Shown: piece by piece, positions 14,901 to 27,499 of the stretch
Layout of the letters: each line of letters begins with the position of its first letter
Numbering within the stretch: the first letter of the stretch is position 1
Assembly: GCF_000143415.4 (NCBI RefSeq)
Contig: NW_003314292.1
Coordinates: forward strand, 1,557,498-1,621,497
Source of the DNA: Selaginella moellendorffii
Lineage: Eukaryota > Plantae > Lycopodiophyta
Direction of reading: 5' to 3'
DNA length: 64,000 nucleotides
Notes under the pieces: model-generated
What the model saw: the letters and a program-made list of their open reading frames with translations, nothing else
Told to the model about the DNA's origin: nothing
The model's database searches: none
Position numbers and translations under genes: made by a program

Positions 14901-17900
14901 ACGCTACCTTCGCCGGTGATTTTACAGTTCTTAAGTCTCTTATTGGAGCATATCCTGAAGTTTTATCCGAGGTGCCAGACTTGTTTTCTGCGGACCCGGT
15001 CTCTATGGAGACCGACGGTCACCAGGTACATTTACTGTCTTCTCTACTTCGACAGTGCTCGTTCACGGTCCTGTTTCGGGCTGCGTGTTATAACCATGGG
15101 AAGTTCTTGAACGTCCCACTGATGGAGAGTATGCTGCTGGAAGCTATATCACGCTTATCGGACGCCGAAGTTATAATTTCCATTCGAATGCTCTTGCATA
15201 GTATCAACGACGAGTATGCCCGGGGGTCAAGGCAGTACGACGCTCTTTTTAAGTTGCTGGGAGCAATGGTAGCCTTGAGCCAGAGACTACAACCGGGTGA
15301 CATGGAGCAACTAGCGAAAGACGTCTTCTCTCATCCCGTGATCAGTGTCCAGTTTCTATCAAAGGAGACGCAAATCCAGGAGCAGCTTCAGTGGAAAATC
15401 TGTCCTTCAGCTGGCCATGACGAGCTAAAACAGATGATGGGAACTTTTATGAAGTCGCTACATCCGCTAAACTATCACGTTCTTCTCTTGCTCGAACTCT
15501 TGTTATCACACTCCGGGGACTCCTTACGTAGTTATTGCGAGGTTCTGACTCAACGAGCTACGGAAACATTCATCGCAGAGCTGGAAGAAAGTCTTTCCGA
15601 AGGGAAACAAGTCGTCCCTTCGGCATCACTGTTGTTTATCTCGACCCTGGCGCCGTATCTCAACCGGGACTTGTTCGTGAGGCTCATGGATGCGGTCCTA
15701 AGCAAAGTGGTTTCCAAAACTACGTCCGGAGAAAAATCGTCGTTGCCCGAGATGGTTTCGTATCAGCTGGTGGCCTTTTATCTTTCGAGCATTGGCTTTC
15801 AAAAGTGTCAAGACTCATCGGAGGACAGGCGGTGGTATGAAAGTCATGGAGATCTGCTCGCTCAAATATTCAATGCAACTCTCGAGCTTGCCATGGTATC
15901 GTCGCTGGAGATTGCGAGTTCGTGCCTCCTTATGGCTATGAAGGTTCTTCTGCCAACGAAACTCCTGGCAGCGATCGTACCTGTAGAAGTCTTGCACTGC
16001 AGCATGCGAAACGCAAGCAGAGTGAAAGCTGAGATTGTCACTCATCTCGTGCGAGAGAACCCGGTGATGATGGTGGAGTTTGGACGTCGGGTGGCTGGCT
16101 TGAGTTTGGAAACAGCAGAGCAAGGATCTAATGTCTCGGAAAGCGATCTTCTGCAACTTCTACCGGCGGCTTGGCACTTTCTCGAGAACTCCAGAAGTTT
16201 CAAAGGCTGCAGTGAAGACATCGGCATTCAGTTTAGCAAGGTCTACGGTGATCTTCTCGCGAAGCGTTTTATCGACTGGGATACTACTTCCGGCGTCTGG
16301 GATCAAGGTGAAGAGCACTATGAGAAGTCTTTTCTCGCGACCAGCGTGAGCGTCTTGGATCTAGCAGCTGACATCCGTCCTCTTCAAGCGAAGCAGAAGT
16401 CTCGTATACTTCGTTCACTGTTACACGATACAACGGTGCTTGACACGGCCTCATCGTTTCCAAGCTTGACAAACAGGCTGGTTGCCAAAGCTAGTTTGGT
16501 GAGGATTCTACTTCTTCAACACGAGCAGGGTGATGAATCATCGACTTCCGAGGTGTTGACATTCATCTCCGTCTCTCTTTCAACGATGGCTGCGGTCTAC
16601 AAGCAGTTCGATGGCAAGCAAGATGAAGATAGTAGAAGTTTGGTGTTCCTCGAAGAACGCCTCCTTGGCGCCTGCTCTGACGCAGTGGAGCGGCTTTTAG
16701 CTGCCAGCTCGGGGCTCGTATACAAGTCGATCAAAAAGATGGCGAAGACGCTTTTACGCTTCAGGTTTGGCAAGATCGAGGCAATGCGAGCGCTTCAACG
16801 AGTGTTTGTGAAGCTGCTGGAGATGTTTAAAGCGGAGGACGGTGCACAGATTCGCAAGCTGGTTACAGACGTTATGGACTTCGTGACGGGTCATTCGCAG
16901 TTTGTCCAGGCGTTGCTGGCGAAGAGTAAAGCGAGAGGCACTGCGCTTACTGAAATACCGTCAATTCTTTCGCTATTTAACGACCGGGGAAGTGAGGGTG
17001 AGGTGCCAATCGCGGTCTCGGAGGAAGAGGCGAGGTTTCATATCGTCAGACTGCTGCGGGTGCTCTACGCGTTCCGAGTTCGTCACAGAGAACACTTCAG
17101 TGTCGGGGAGGCTTCGAGGCAGACTTCAATGGAGCTGGAATCGCTTCTCTTGGTAGCCTACGGTGCAACTTTAAGCACTCTCGACCAGGAGATATTCTGT
17201 TTGATGCACGAGATCGAGACTTCAGAAGGTGACGGGTTCTCGGGAATGAGCGAGATGGATTATCTCTGGGGTGACGCTGCTCTGGAGAGGCGGAGAGACA
17301 AGACGGAGAGTGGCGGTGAAGATTTAGTCCAGGAAAGCCTCGAGGAGATGCGAAAACGTAGGTTCAAGGAGGATCTTGCGCTGAATCTGAGGATGTGTGG
17401 CCTCACGGCGTTGCACTTTCCCATGAAGAGAGACATGTGGACTCCAGAAACTGTCCAGGTAAAATTGTTTTCTCTGGTTTGGAGATTTATGCTTTTGTTG
17501 CCCCGTAGGTATTTGATGATTCTCGACAAGAAGAGAACGCGGAAGTTTACGACCCAGCGTTTATCTTGCCGTTCGCAATGCATGCTCTCTCTGTGGGATG
17601 CATCGATGCTGAGGAGTTTGTACGGTCGGGTTTCCTTGCGATTGCGTTTGCGAGTATGAGCTCCAGTTTGGAAGCCATGCGAAAATATGGCTACGAGCTC
17701 CTCGTGGCATTTAGCACGCATCTTGAGGTACAGTTCCTGTGAGTTCTTTCTTGTTTTCTAAATTCTTTCTCTATGAATCACAGGTGCAGAGTTTTAAAGG
17801 AAAGTCCCAGATAAACACACTGCTCGTGTTTATGAAGAACGCTATCAGTCAACCATGGCAACGGATACCATCCGTAATCTCTTTGTTTGCAGCCGAAGCC

Positions 17901-19546
17901 TCCTGCATTTTATTGCATCCTGAAAGTCCAAACTACGTTGTTGTTAATCGGTTTATACTGCGATCCCCCAGCATAGATTTACAGGTACGTGTTGTTTCTT
18001 CTTTTACTCATTTAAACAGAGCTGATTTTCTCACAGGCCATTCCTCTTTTCCAAACTATGTTTACAAGCGGAAGCACAAATTCTCGCGGCGAGAGAAACT
18101 GGATTGTGAAGCTGCTGATTGCAGGGCTTGTTTCATCGGCGGACGCTCTTATCTATCGTCGGCAGTTTGTAGCTGAGATACTGATGAGCTTTTGCACGTC
18201 GGCAATGGCAGATATCTCTGCTCAGCAATGGACTTTGAAGGCAAGTTAATTTAATTGGCCACTCATTCTCATCTCAGCTTTTTATACAGGTCTTAAAGAG
18301 AGCTGCTGCAATATCTTCGTTCGCGAAAAGCCTTATAAATAACACTGGTCTGCTTTCGTGGCTTGCTTCTTTAGCAATCACCTCTTTGAGTGCACCATCT
18401 ATCAATTCCGAGGACGGAGATGCAAAATCGTCTTTTCAGGTAAAAGAACAGTTTGCTTTTGTCGCCAGCTCTAAGAGCAAGCAATCATCGCAGGTTATTG
18501 AGCTGCTTCTGTCAAGTAGGGGAATCGAAACTCTTCTACTCGCCGAGGGCACTGAAGAGCTCTCAAAAGTCGCGTCAATGCTCCTCCATTTCGTCAGCAC
18601 AGTGACTCCAACGTCCTGGGACGTGTGTGGCAAGCCTTTGTTTCGAATCGTAAACACCGCGTTGAGGCTCTCACAGCGAAGAAACAAATACCAGTCGGCT
18701 TTCAACTTGTCCTGGCGATGTCTGCACGACATAGCACAAAGCGTCCAAGCAGAACCTTTCTTGAGCGACAGGGAAACTAGACTCGGCGCGCTCGAGTGCT
18801 TGTTGCGATGTCCACCACCTGAAGCGCGTGAGACACAGGTAAACATCGTTTTTCTTTTATAGCTTAGCAAACGAATTCTCTTCTTTTCTGAATCTCAGGA
18901 TCACGAAAGCTTCTGCTCGATCACGAGGTGGGCAACGAGTGAATTAAATGGCACCGAGTCGATCGCTCCCGTATTTTTCCGCTGGTGTTCGTCAGCGGTG
19001 ATCCTCGGATCAGTGCCAGAAAACGAACAACGAGGTTTTACGTCTTGGTGGTCTCTTTTCACGTACTTGAACGCTAAGAGAGCTTGCCTTCCTTCTTTCG
19101 AGCCGATGCTTCCCAGGCTTTTGTTGTCCGTGAGTTACGACGGTGACGCGGGAATGGCTGGCCTGGTAAATGTTCTGCTGGTGGTTCTTTCTCGCCTCTC
19201 TAGAGGTAATCTACTTTGTTTTCATTTTTGTCGATCCTTGACCATGTAATGCAGAAAGGGAGGATGATGCTAATCAGCGGTGGATTCCAGACGAGATGTA
19301 TAACGAGCTGAAAGTTGTCTTGAGCGAGTTGCCGTGTCCGGAAGAATTGCATCCTCTTTGGCGATGGTAAATCAAACTTCTTCCATTCCGTTGTAATCCT
19401 TTTTAATGCGCAGGGGATATCACAGAGCATGGTCATCCAAAGAGCATGACGGTGAAGTTTATAGAGCAGTGCTGACACTTTTGCAGAGATTTTATGCTAG
19501 TCCGGCAAGACAAATCTCGCAGCTGGAAGCGAGCTGGAAGATTTGA
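11938..19546 (+). CDS. URB1: Nucleolar pre-ribosomal-associated protein 1 (URB1/Npa1), multi-exon
   Basis: Very long helical protein. N-terminal Npa1-like region (VASKFDFSL, TRAFFIDFALSFL, VLSIFKRKVL) and C-terminal NopRA1-like region (YDPAFILPF, PWQRIPSVISLFAAEAS, ERNWIVKLLIAGL). Ends CPEELHPLWRWGY...KI, TGA at 19544-19546. Confidence 0.9.
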
Positions 19547-22261
19547 AAAGGGAGTGGCTCCGAACAGAAAGTGGCCATCTTCAGCGATGCAGGTGGAAAA
19601 CTTTCATTCGTTTTTATTCTTTTTTTCTACAGTTATTGGAGATTTTGCAGATCGTAGATATAATCTTTGCTCTTCTACCAACCAGTAAAGAGAACTCTCT
19701 CTGATTGGTAGGTTCTAATTGATCGCCCAGGCATTGGGCCTTTTCTTTTCTTTAAGGTCTGTCTTTAAGCCATGCAGGTAATGAAACTGCACAATTGGTT
19801 AGTTGTGTCAATCTAGCACCGTGTTTTGCACCAACATTGGAGCTTATCTTCCCTTTAGGGGGACTGCTGCAAAGCGATCCTGTCTGGATTTTATGGTGGA
19901 ATGTCACCACAGATCTTCCTCTCGCAGTGGAGTTGAATTGTGATCCACAGGAGCTGGATCTCCAGGCTGGAGTGGCTAATAAGGACAACCTCCGGGACAA
20001 GGCCTCCGGTCTGTGGCGCGCCAGGCCGAGTCTGGGACCAAGACACTCTCGTGTTAGATGTGATGCTCACAAAGCGTGGATGTGTGCACGCTCTGCTTTC
20101 TCTCAAACCGTGTCCTTCATTTGGTTGGAAGTCCTTGAGCTTTCCTTGCAATATGACAGCTTCTTTGCTTTGTGTAAGAGTGATTGTGTTTCATGTTGTT
20201 CTTCCCCTGTTTGAGTCTGCTCCAAGTTCTGAGAGGGACATTTGTTAGAGGGAAGGTGAGTTTGCAGACATTTAGAGCCTTTTAAGGTGTGTTTTGCAAG
20301 TTTTCTTTGAGAGTGGTATTTCTGTTTCATGACAAGTCCTGACATTGGGCATTTGTGGTGATTTGATTTTCCATCTTGCTCAGACACAGCACTAGCATGT
20401 TTTCACTTCCACTCTGCTCAACGTGTATTTATAACATTTCTCAGGCCTCAGCGCAAGCTATAGTTTCTGGCAGCAATCTCCATAGCCAGGTTCTTTCTCT
20501 TTGCCACAGATACCAAGAAGGGGAATCATTCCACCTTGGAATTGTGTGCAAGCTAATGATCCACCACCTCAATTGATGTGAATCTAGAAAAGATGGCTCA
20601 TCCATGTTGCAAGGTTCACATGTTGCAGTGAGGCTTGGAGCTTATCTTCTATGAGCCGGACATTGGGATCTTAACGATCATGTTGCTGCCTTCTCGTCCT
20701 ATTGCTTGAGCAACCACATAAGAGGACAATGTGAATGCATTTATACAATCCATGTGAGGGAAAGTGTGGCACTGGGTTTTGGCTTTGGAGGCTAAGGAAA
20801 AGCATATGAATGGGCATAAAATTCTGAAATCACTGCAAATGCCGGGTTGTAGAAAGTGCTCCCAAAGAATGAAAAATTCTTGGCTCCTAAAATCTTTTAA
20901 GTTTGATGTAAAGAAGAACCTTAAGAATTGTCACTCACCAACATCCACAATCTTGTAAAGACAAAAATGTGAATATCTTGAGCTCTAGAACATCACAAAT
21001 TGTGAAAAAGAGTGCATCAGAAAACTTTTAATGCCAAATACATGGCCACAGAAAGAAATATTCACCGAAATTACTCAAAATTGAGTGAAAACAACATAAA
21101 CCACCTATTATACTCAAAATAAATGAGAAGAAGTGGGAAATTGCTCCAAACTTTTCAAATTGGTATTAATTCTTGCATGAAAGCACATGGCAGAAACATC
21201 TACAAGAGACCTATCTAATGCACTTAATAAAGATGAAAATGGCAATGAAACTAGAAATAATTAATTCCCCAAAGTTGCGGCCATATAGTATGTGTGATAA
21301 AAAAATACTAAAACTTATGATTCTTTGCGAATTCCTTAATAAGAAAGGACTTCTATGAAAGATAAAAAATCAAAAGGAGAGATCCTCAAAAGAAATTTCA
21401 GAGAATGCTAAAAAAACTCTCACTTTTAGAGCTCTAGAACTCAATTGTGAAAAAAGAATAAAGAAGAGAGCAAGAAAAAATAAAAAATCTCTCACTTTCT
21501 TGATGAGTGGAGTGCAAAAAGTTGCTCTTTAGAATCTTAATGACCATATTTAAACACCCACACAAGTAATTCTTCAAATCCGTGCCAAAATCTCAAACTT
21601 AAACCTTCAAAAGTAAATTGTAAACATAGCAAGAGAAAAATATTTGCATGCGGCTTGATTCTCCACTAAATCATGTGTTTTTTAACTTGTTCAAAATAGA
21701 AGGAAAAGTCATTTCAATCCAAATAAAGCACAACCAAAATGAATGCTTCTGTCATTAAAAATCTTTCTAAAACCAAATGAAATGAAGAAAAGTGGAAAAA
21801 CAATGGCAAGAACTTTAAATCTATGAATTTGCATTCTAAATTTGTATAAGGGGGAGATTTTATTAGTCTTAGAGATCCCTCAAACAGAAATTTAGTCATT
21901 AAAACTCTAAAATCTCTCTATTTGTCAAGAAAAATTTGTCATTCTCCAAAGAAAACTAGACTAGTTTATCATGTTGAGTTCACCACTTATTGGGAGATGA
22001 AAGCTATCTCCTAATTGTGAGACATAAGATCCCTAGGCCCCAAAGTGGAGCCAGAAGGGTGTCATGTGGTAGTGGCCAAAGCGAAAACCAAATGAGCGTA
22101 ACACATTTGAACTAAAAACTCCAACTTAAAAGGTCAAAAGCGAGAGTGGAACTCCCAACGAAGTGCTTAAAGAACAAGTACGGAGCAAGCAATAAGTGAG
22201 TCTCTAGAAAAGGGACACAAGAGGATTAACACATGACATGTGGAAATGTCTGAGATGGAGT

Positions 22262-22475
22262 TCAAGATGGACCTAAGATGGAGTCTGAGAAGGACCCGAG
22301 ATGGAGTCCGAAGTCAAGATTGAGACCAAGACCAAGACCGAGACCAAGACCGGGACCAAGACCGAGACTGGGATTGAGATCGAAACCAAGGCCGAGGTCA
22401 AGATCAAGCCCCAACCCGAGTCCGAGTCCGAGTCCGAGTCCGAGTCCAAGTCCGAGTTCGAGTTCGAGTCTGAGA
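22262..22475. repeat. Degenerate hexamer array (GAGTCC/GAGACC/AAGACC) inside the LTR
   Basis: Direct inspection, e.g. ccgagtccgagtccgagtcc. Confidence 0.9.
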
Positions 22476-22924
22476 GGGTGAAAGCCCAAAGCATTCGTCT
22501 CCCAGACCCTAGGGGGTTTAGTGTATAGTATAGTGAGGGGGAGGAGTCTAGTGGAGCTAGTTTAGCTAGGAAAGGTTAGTTTGGCCTAGGAAGGTTGTGC
22601 CCAAATGCTGGGTGATGGGATAACCACTGGGAAGTCCAAGGCTAGAGTGGATACGGACTGACAAATAGGGTAACTTGGTGAAGTGTTCAAGAGCCGGCTC
22701 TAGTTCCCCCGGGAGATCGACTGGCCGATGCTCCAAGTCCAAGTGTGGGTGGCACTACCTACTTGGATACCTGGTGTGGCTCAATGGAACCTCGCTCTAA
22801 GCCATGGCTAGAGCACCTAAAGGTGGAAGGCAGAGAGAGTACTCATGAGGCCCGCGTAGGGCCATGGTGTTCCAAAATGTTGTTCCAAAGTCCCAGTTTA
22901 TGGAAAGGAAGGGGAGTAGCCCTC

Positions 22925-23174
22925 TAGTGTGGTGACCAAGGACACAGTCATATGGTGAGGAAGTCCTAGAGGACAGTGGGACTTAGTGGTCGGGCCCGTG
23001 GGCCTTGATCCAGTGGCAGTGTTGGTGAACACAACCAAGGACAGAAAAGTAGTGTAGTGACCAAGGACACAATCACATAGTGAGGAAGTCCTAGAGGATA
23101 GTGGGACTTAGTGGTCGGGCCCATGGGCCTTGATCTAGTGGCAGTGTTGGTGAACATAGCCAAGGACAGAAAGG
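22925..23174. repeat. 125-bp tandem duplication inside the LTR
   Basis: tagtgtggtgaccaaggacac... at 22925 and tagtgtagtgaccaaggacac... at 23050. Confidence 0.9.
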
Positions 23175-26100
23175 GACTTGGTGAGGACTGGAACAGAGAT
23201 ATTAAGGAAGGTTATTCCCCATGTCCACAGGCATCTTAAGGATGCTAAAGAGTGGATTTGGGATAACCACTCATGGACAAATGGCCTAGTCTTGGAGAGA
23301 CAGGATTGCAATGTAGGTGGTGTTAGACCACCGATGTGACCAAAGGTGAATGAGTGTGGCCTAGTGTAACGGGTTCATATGTTAGTGGTACCTTGGGGTG
23401 TCGGTTATGGGATCAGACATGTGGAGCACTTGGATCAAGTGCAAAGGTTGAGTGGCATGGATGTCATTCTCGGGACAAGTAAGCCCCAAGTCCTGAATGG
23501 GACTTATGGAGGTTGTGAATGAAACTCCTCCAAGTGGTCAAAGGTGCGGTTAAGTGACTAAAGTAGAATGGAAAAATTAATCACTTACACTAATATCTTT
23601 AACTCAAAGTTTCAATTCCTTTTCCCCCAACCCTTGCTCACTCTCGTAGGGCTTTTGTAGTGTATGTGGTTTTATTGGTGGCTTAACGTGAGAATATGGG
23701 TACTCCATAAGCTAGCATAATGTGGAACTTGGGCTTAGACTCAAGTTAGACACAAAACAAAGGCAGGTACGCAAACAGGAATTAGACTATACCTTAAGTT
23801 GGTTAGCTTACCCACTATCCCTACTATACATTTGGAACCCCCCATCACTCCCCCGCCTTTAAGGAACTCACACTTTTGGCTTTCACCCTTAGTACAAGGA
23901 GTTAGTCTTTAAGGCTAACTCAAAACTTACTAAATATGGAATGGTGTTAGATTGCAAATTTAGACGCGGGACCAATACCATTGTGTCAAAACAATCTCTA
24001 TATTCCGTAGATATGCCAAATTAGTAAATTTAAACACTTTCCATAAATAGCAATTGAGACCGAATGTAACTAACATATGGTGCATGACAGCAAGGGTATT
24101 TAGTAGACACGATAAACTATCATCTTGCAAATATTGACAGACCAAGCTCAATATTGCGGGGTTCTTGTCACTAGCCAGTGCAAGACACAACGAAATGGGA
24201 ACTCTTTATTAGGTTAAATATGCTTAACTAATAATACGTAGGAATTCCATCCTTATGCTCATTTGGTTTAAGTACTCTCAGAAATGCCTAATTAACTCCA
24301 CTTGCATAAGAGAGACTGATAAAAGGTCCACAATACCAACCTCTTGCTGTTGTGGCAGTAAGGAAAGAATATTTGAAAACACTAGCTGACAAATAACTTT
24401 TGATGCCCACAATCACATTTGTAACACTCTTCCCTTCTTCGGGAAAATCAACACCTTTGTCAATGCATACTCTAATTTAGAGCACCGCCAAGAAAACAAC
24501 TCTAAAAAAAATTCATAGTGTTCACACTTTATGAAAAATGCATCAACTTAAATGAGTTAAGGTAACCTCTTTGTCTAATGTAAATGCATTACCAACTCGG
24601 ATATCTTCTGACTATTACTGACAAGGAAATGAGTAACAGAGTTAGCCACCCTAGTTGCTCTGGATGCCACCCAGCTTATAAAAGATAATAGCCCTTACTT
24701 TAAGTAGAATAGAAAGAGAAGCGAGAAGTCCCAATCCTCATAAGCAAAGAAACCAAACCCATCAATAAAGTTAGATAGACTACTATAAACAGATAGTTAG
24801 AGTTGTTTATATAGGTATGCTCTTTTAAATGAAATAAGGAGAATATCGAAAAAGAGGCAGGTGATGTGACCAATCTACTCCATGACTAGAGATTTCATTA
24901 TGCATATGAAGTGTCGAAGTCTGTTTACTTATACTAACATAAACCCAAAGATCAAGAGATGGACAATATCAAAGTCATAGACAATGATATCTTAAAGACT
25001 TAATTATCAATGAATAAATCTTAAATGAATTATTCTAAGTAAGTACATTCGCTAAACTAATATTATAGTATAGAAACCACCAAGATCATCATAATTAAAG
25101 AATATAGGATTGACCATCCAAAAAACTTTAGTAGCTAGTATGTTATCAAGAAACTCAATAATAAAACTTAATTATCAAAGATTACAGACAATATGCCAAA
25201 CAACTTATGACAGACAACTAAAAGAACATAAAATATCATTGACTAACAAGCAAAATGTTCATGAATGTATCACCCAAAAGAAATAATATTTAATCTATCA
25301 AAACCAACTATACCAACAATTAACAGAACAAAATGAATGTGGTAAGACTAACAAACACTTGTTCATGCTAATTATTGCACTATCCAATCTAAATAGATGC
25401 CAGTCAACCATACTAAGGGGTTTAAGTTTCTTAAACAAAACTCAGTAACATTCTATTAATGTCTCAAACCCAAGAGACCAATCCAGAGCAAATCACAAAG
25501 AATAATGTGGCAATGCGAAAAGCCAAAAACCATCAAAGAGAATAACTAATTATCATAAAAGATTATTAATGAAAAGATGTATAATCATCGTCGAATAAAG
25601 AATTCACCATCCCGAAGAACGATAAATCATTCTAGATCCACATTAATCAATTAAAACCTTTGACAAGGTAAATGTAAACATTTGAATTTGGACTTCCTAG
25701 AAAGTCACCCAGCCTAGTACTACTCAAACTTAAGGATGTTTATTCCAAAACCTTTAACAAATTGGAAAAGAGAGTGCACTATTAATAATGGGTCATTTCC
25801 CTTTATATGGATAATTTCTCAAGTCATTCCCTTTGGTTGTTTATAATATATTACCACCTTTGGTTTGTAAAAGCTATTGAGATTAACGTGATATTCTCAA
25901 TCATCATCATTTGCTAGTGGAACCTAATCTAAATTCTAGCTGTCTAATGGTGAAATTGAGCCTAATTTTGGCTGTCAGGTGGTGGACTGTAAGCTTGATT
26001 TAGAGTTTCTTCATTTTCCTCTCCATCATTGTTAACATTGCCATCATTGCTAACATTAATAATTTTTTCTTGGTTTAATGTAAAAGTCTCCTTCCCTAAG

Positions 26101-26299
26101 AGCTCCAACTCCTAAAGACAATTTATTTTTTATGCTTTTGGAAATTTTATAAACATTATTATATATATTTCTCTATCCTTTACACCCTTTACAACAAGTT
26201 GAGTGCAAATTGGTGCCTTAAATCATGCCTCTATATTAAAGATATCTGTAATCAATATATTTAGGAAAGATCTTAGAAATTGTGTTATACCTGTAAGTT

Positions 26300-27219
26300 G
26301 TATATTGCATAAAATAAGGCTGACCATATTAACAATCATAAGTTATTGTGCTTGTGAACTTCTCTAGTAGCCACCCCTCTTCAATCTCTTCCAATAATGT
26401 ATTGACGTGGATATCAAAGAATATGAAAAGACTATTTGGATTGTCACCAATATGTGGTGCCAAGAATTTATCACTTTCACCTTCAGTTTGCTTCATAATA
26501 TAGATAGCCCTTTCATCATATTCTCAAATACTTTTAGCAATCTTTTCTCTCTGTTCATCAAGTAGCTTCTCAGCAACCGCAATACTCTGAGTGATATAGA
26601 GTTTCTCCTTCATCACATTTTCAAGTTTTTGTTACAATGCCAATTGTTGAAGAGCTCCAAACAAGAGGTTTGTTCGTTGAAGGAGAGCTTGCTTTTTGTG
26701 ATGTTATAGATCAATTCTTCAGGTTCTTTACCATTTCTTGCAAGGACAAGGATTTCAAAGTGGAATGAGAAAGATAAAAGGGATTAACTTATTGCCACAA
26801 AAGCATATCTTTGCAATGCAATCTAGCCAATCTTTATCACGTCGAATGTTCACAATCACAAGTAGCTTTTTCACCTTTGATTTCTTCGAGTTCAAAATGA
26901 GTTGCTCAATTTGTTGTAGTTCAAGGTTCTTTTGCACCTCATTTATCACTTGTGTAATCTTCAAATATGAGTTTTGCTCAAGTCCATGAAAGAAAAGGAT
27001 ACCTTTGCCTAGACCACAACCAAAAAATCCATAGGCACATGATACCAAGTAAGCATGCTCATGAAAAAACTGTGTACGAACCAACCTTTCCGAGCTTAAC
27101 TCTCTCTCACTTATCACAAAAGAACGAAACTCTTTTGAAGGAAAAAAAGCATAAAGATGAGAGGGAGAACAAGCAATCAATGCTATAACTTTTGTGATTA
27201 ATCGGCACTTCTCACTCAT
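26300..27219 (-). pseudogene. Decayed ORF of unknown family, divergent from the transposase
   Basis: The 154-aa ORF continues past stops and shifts into QKLENVMKEKLYITQSIAVAEKLLDEQREKIAK... Confidence 0.35.
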
Positions 27220-27499
27220 AACCCATTCATTTCAACATTATTATTCCTCTCATAATCAATTACACAATCAATATGGGTGGCTCTTTAAGATTCTTATATA
27301 TCTCTAGATTCTAAATGGTTGTATATTTTGTTAAAATAATTAACTTGTCCTTTGCAAGGACACAACTAATTTAAGCTCATAATACAGAAGAATATCTTTG
27401 TTCTTTCTTGTCAGTTTCTCCCCAATATTTTTTCAAGTGCTCAAAATATGAGAGAATTCTACTTGAAGTTTAATCAAGAGCCTTCTATTATTTTCTCTA

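Larger units (their letters stand above)
22016..23589. mobile_element. Solo LTR (about 1.57 kb) with perfect 5-bp TSD
   Basis: TGTGAG...CTTACA termini, CTAAT at 22011-22015 and 23590-23594, shared blocks with 30246-31404. Confidence 0.8.

Noticed and set aside
22262-22528. ORFs rich in LG/SD/RP/ES repeats (also 30433-30726)
   Set aside because: Translation artefacts of hexamer arrays inside LTRs.
22612-22637. GATGGGATAACCACTGGGAAGTCC resembling the 5S rRNA C-box (Cassandra-like)
   Set aside because: No A-box or further 5S similarity, and not evident in the sister LTR.
22925-23174. Repeats as a possible CRISPR array
   Set aside because: Eukaryotic context, only two long units, no unique spacers, no cas genes.
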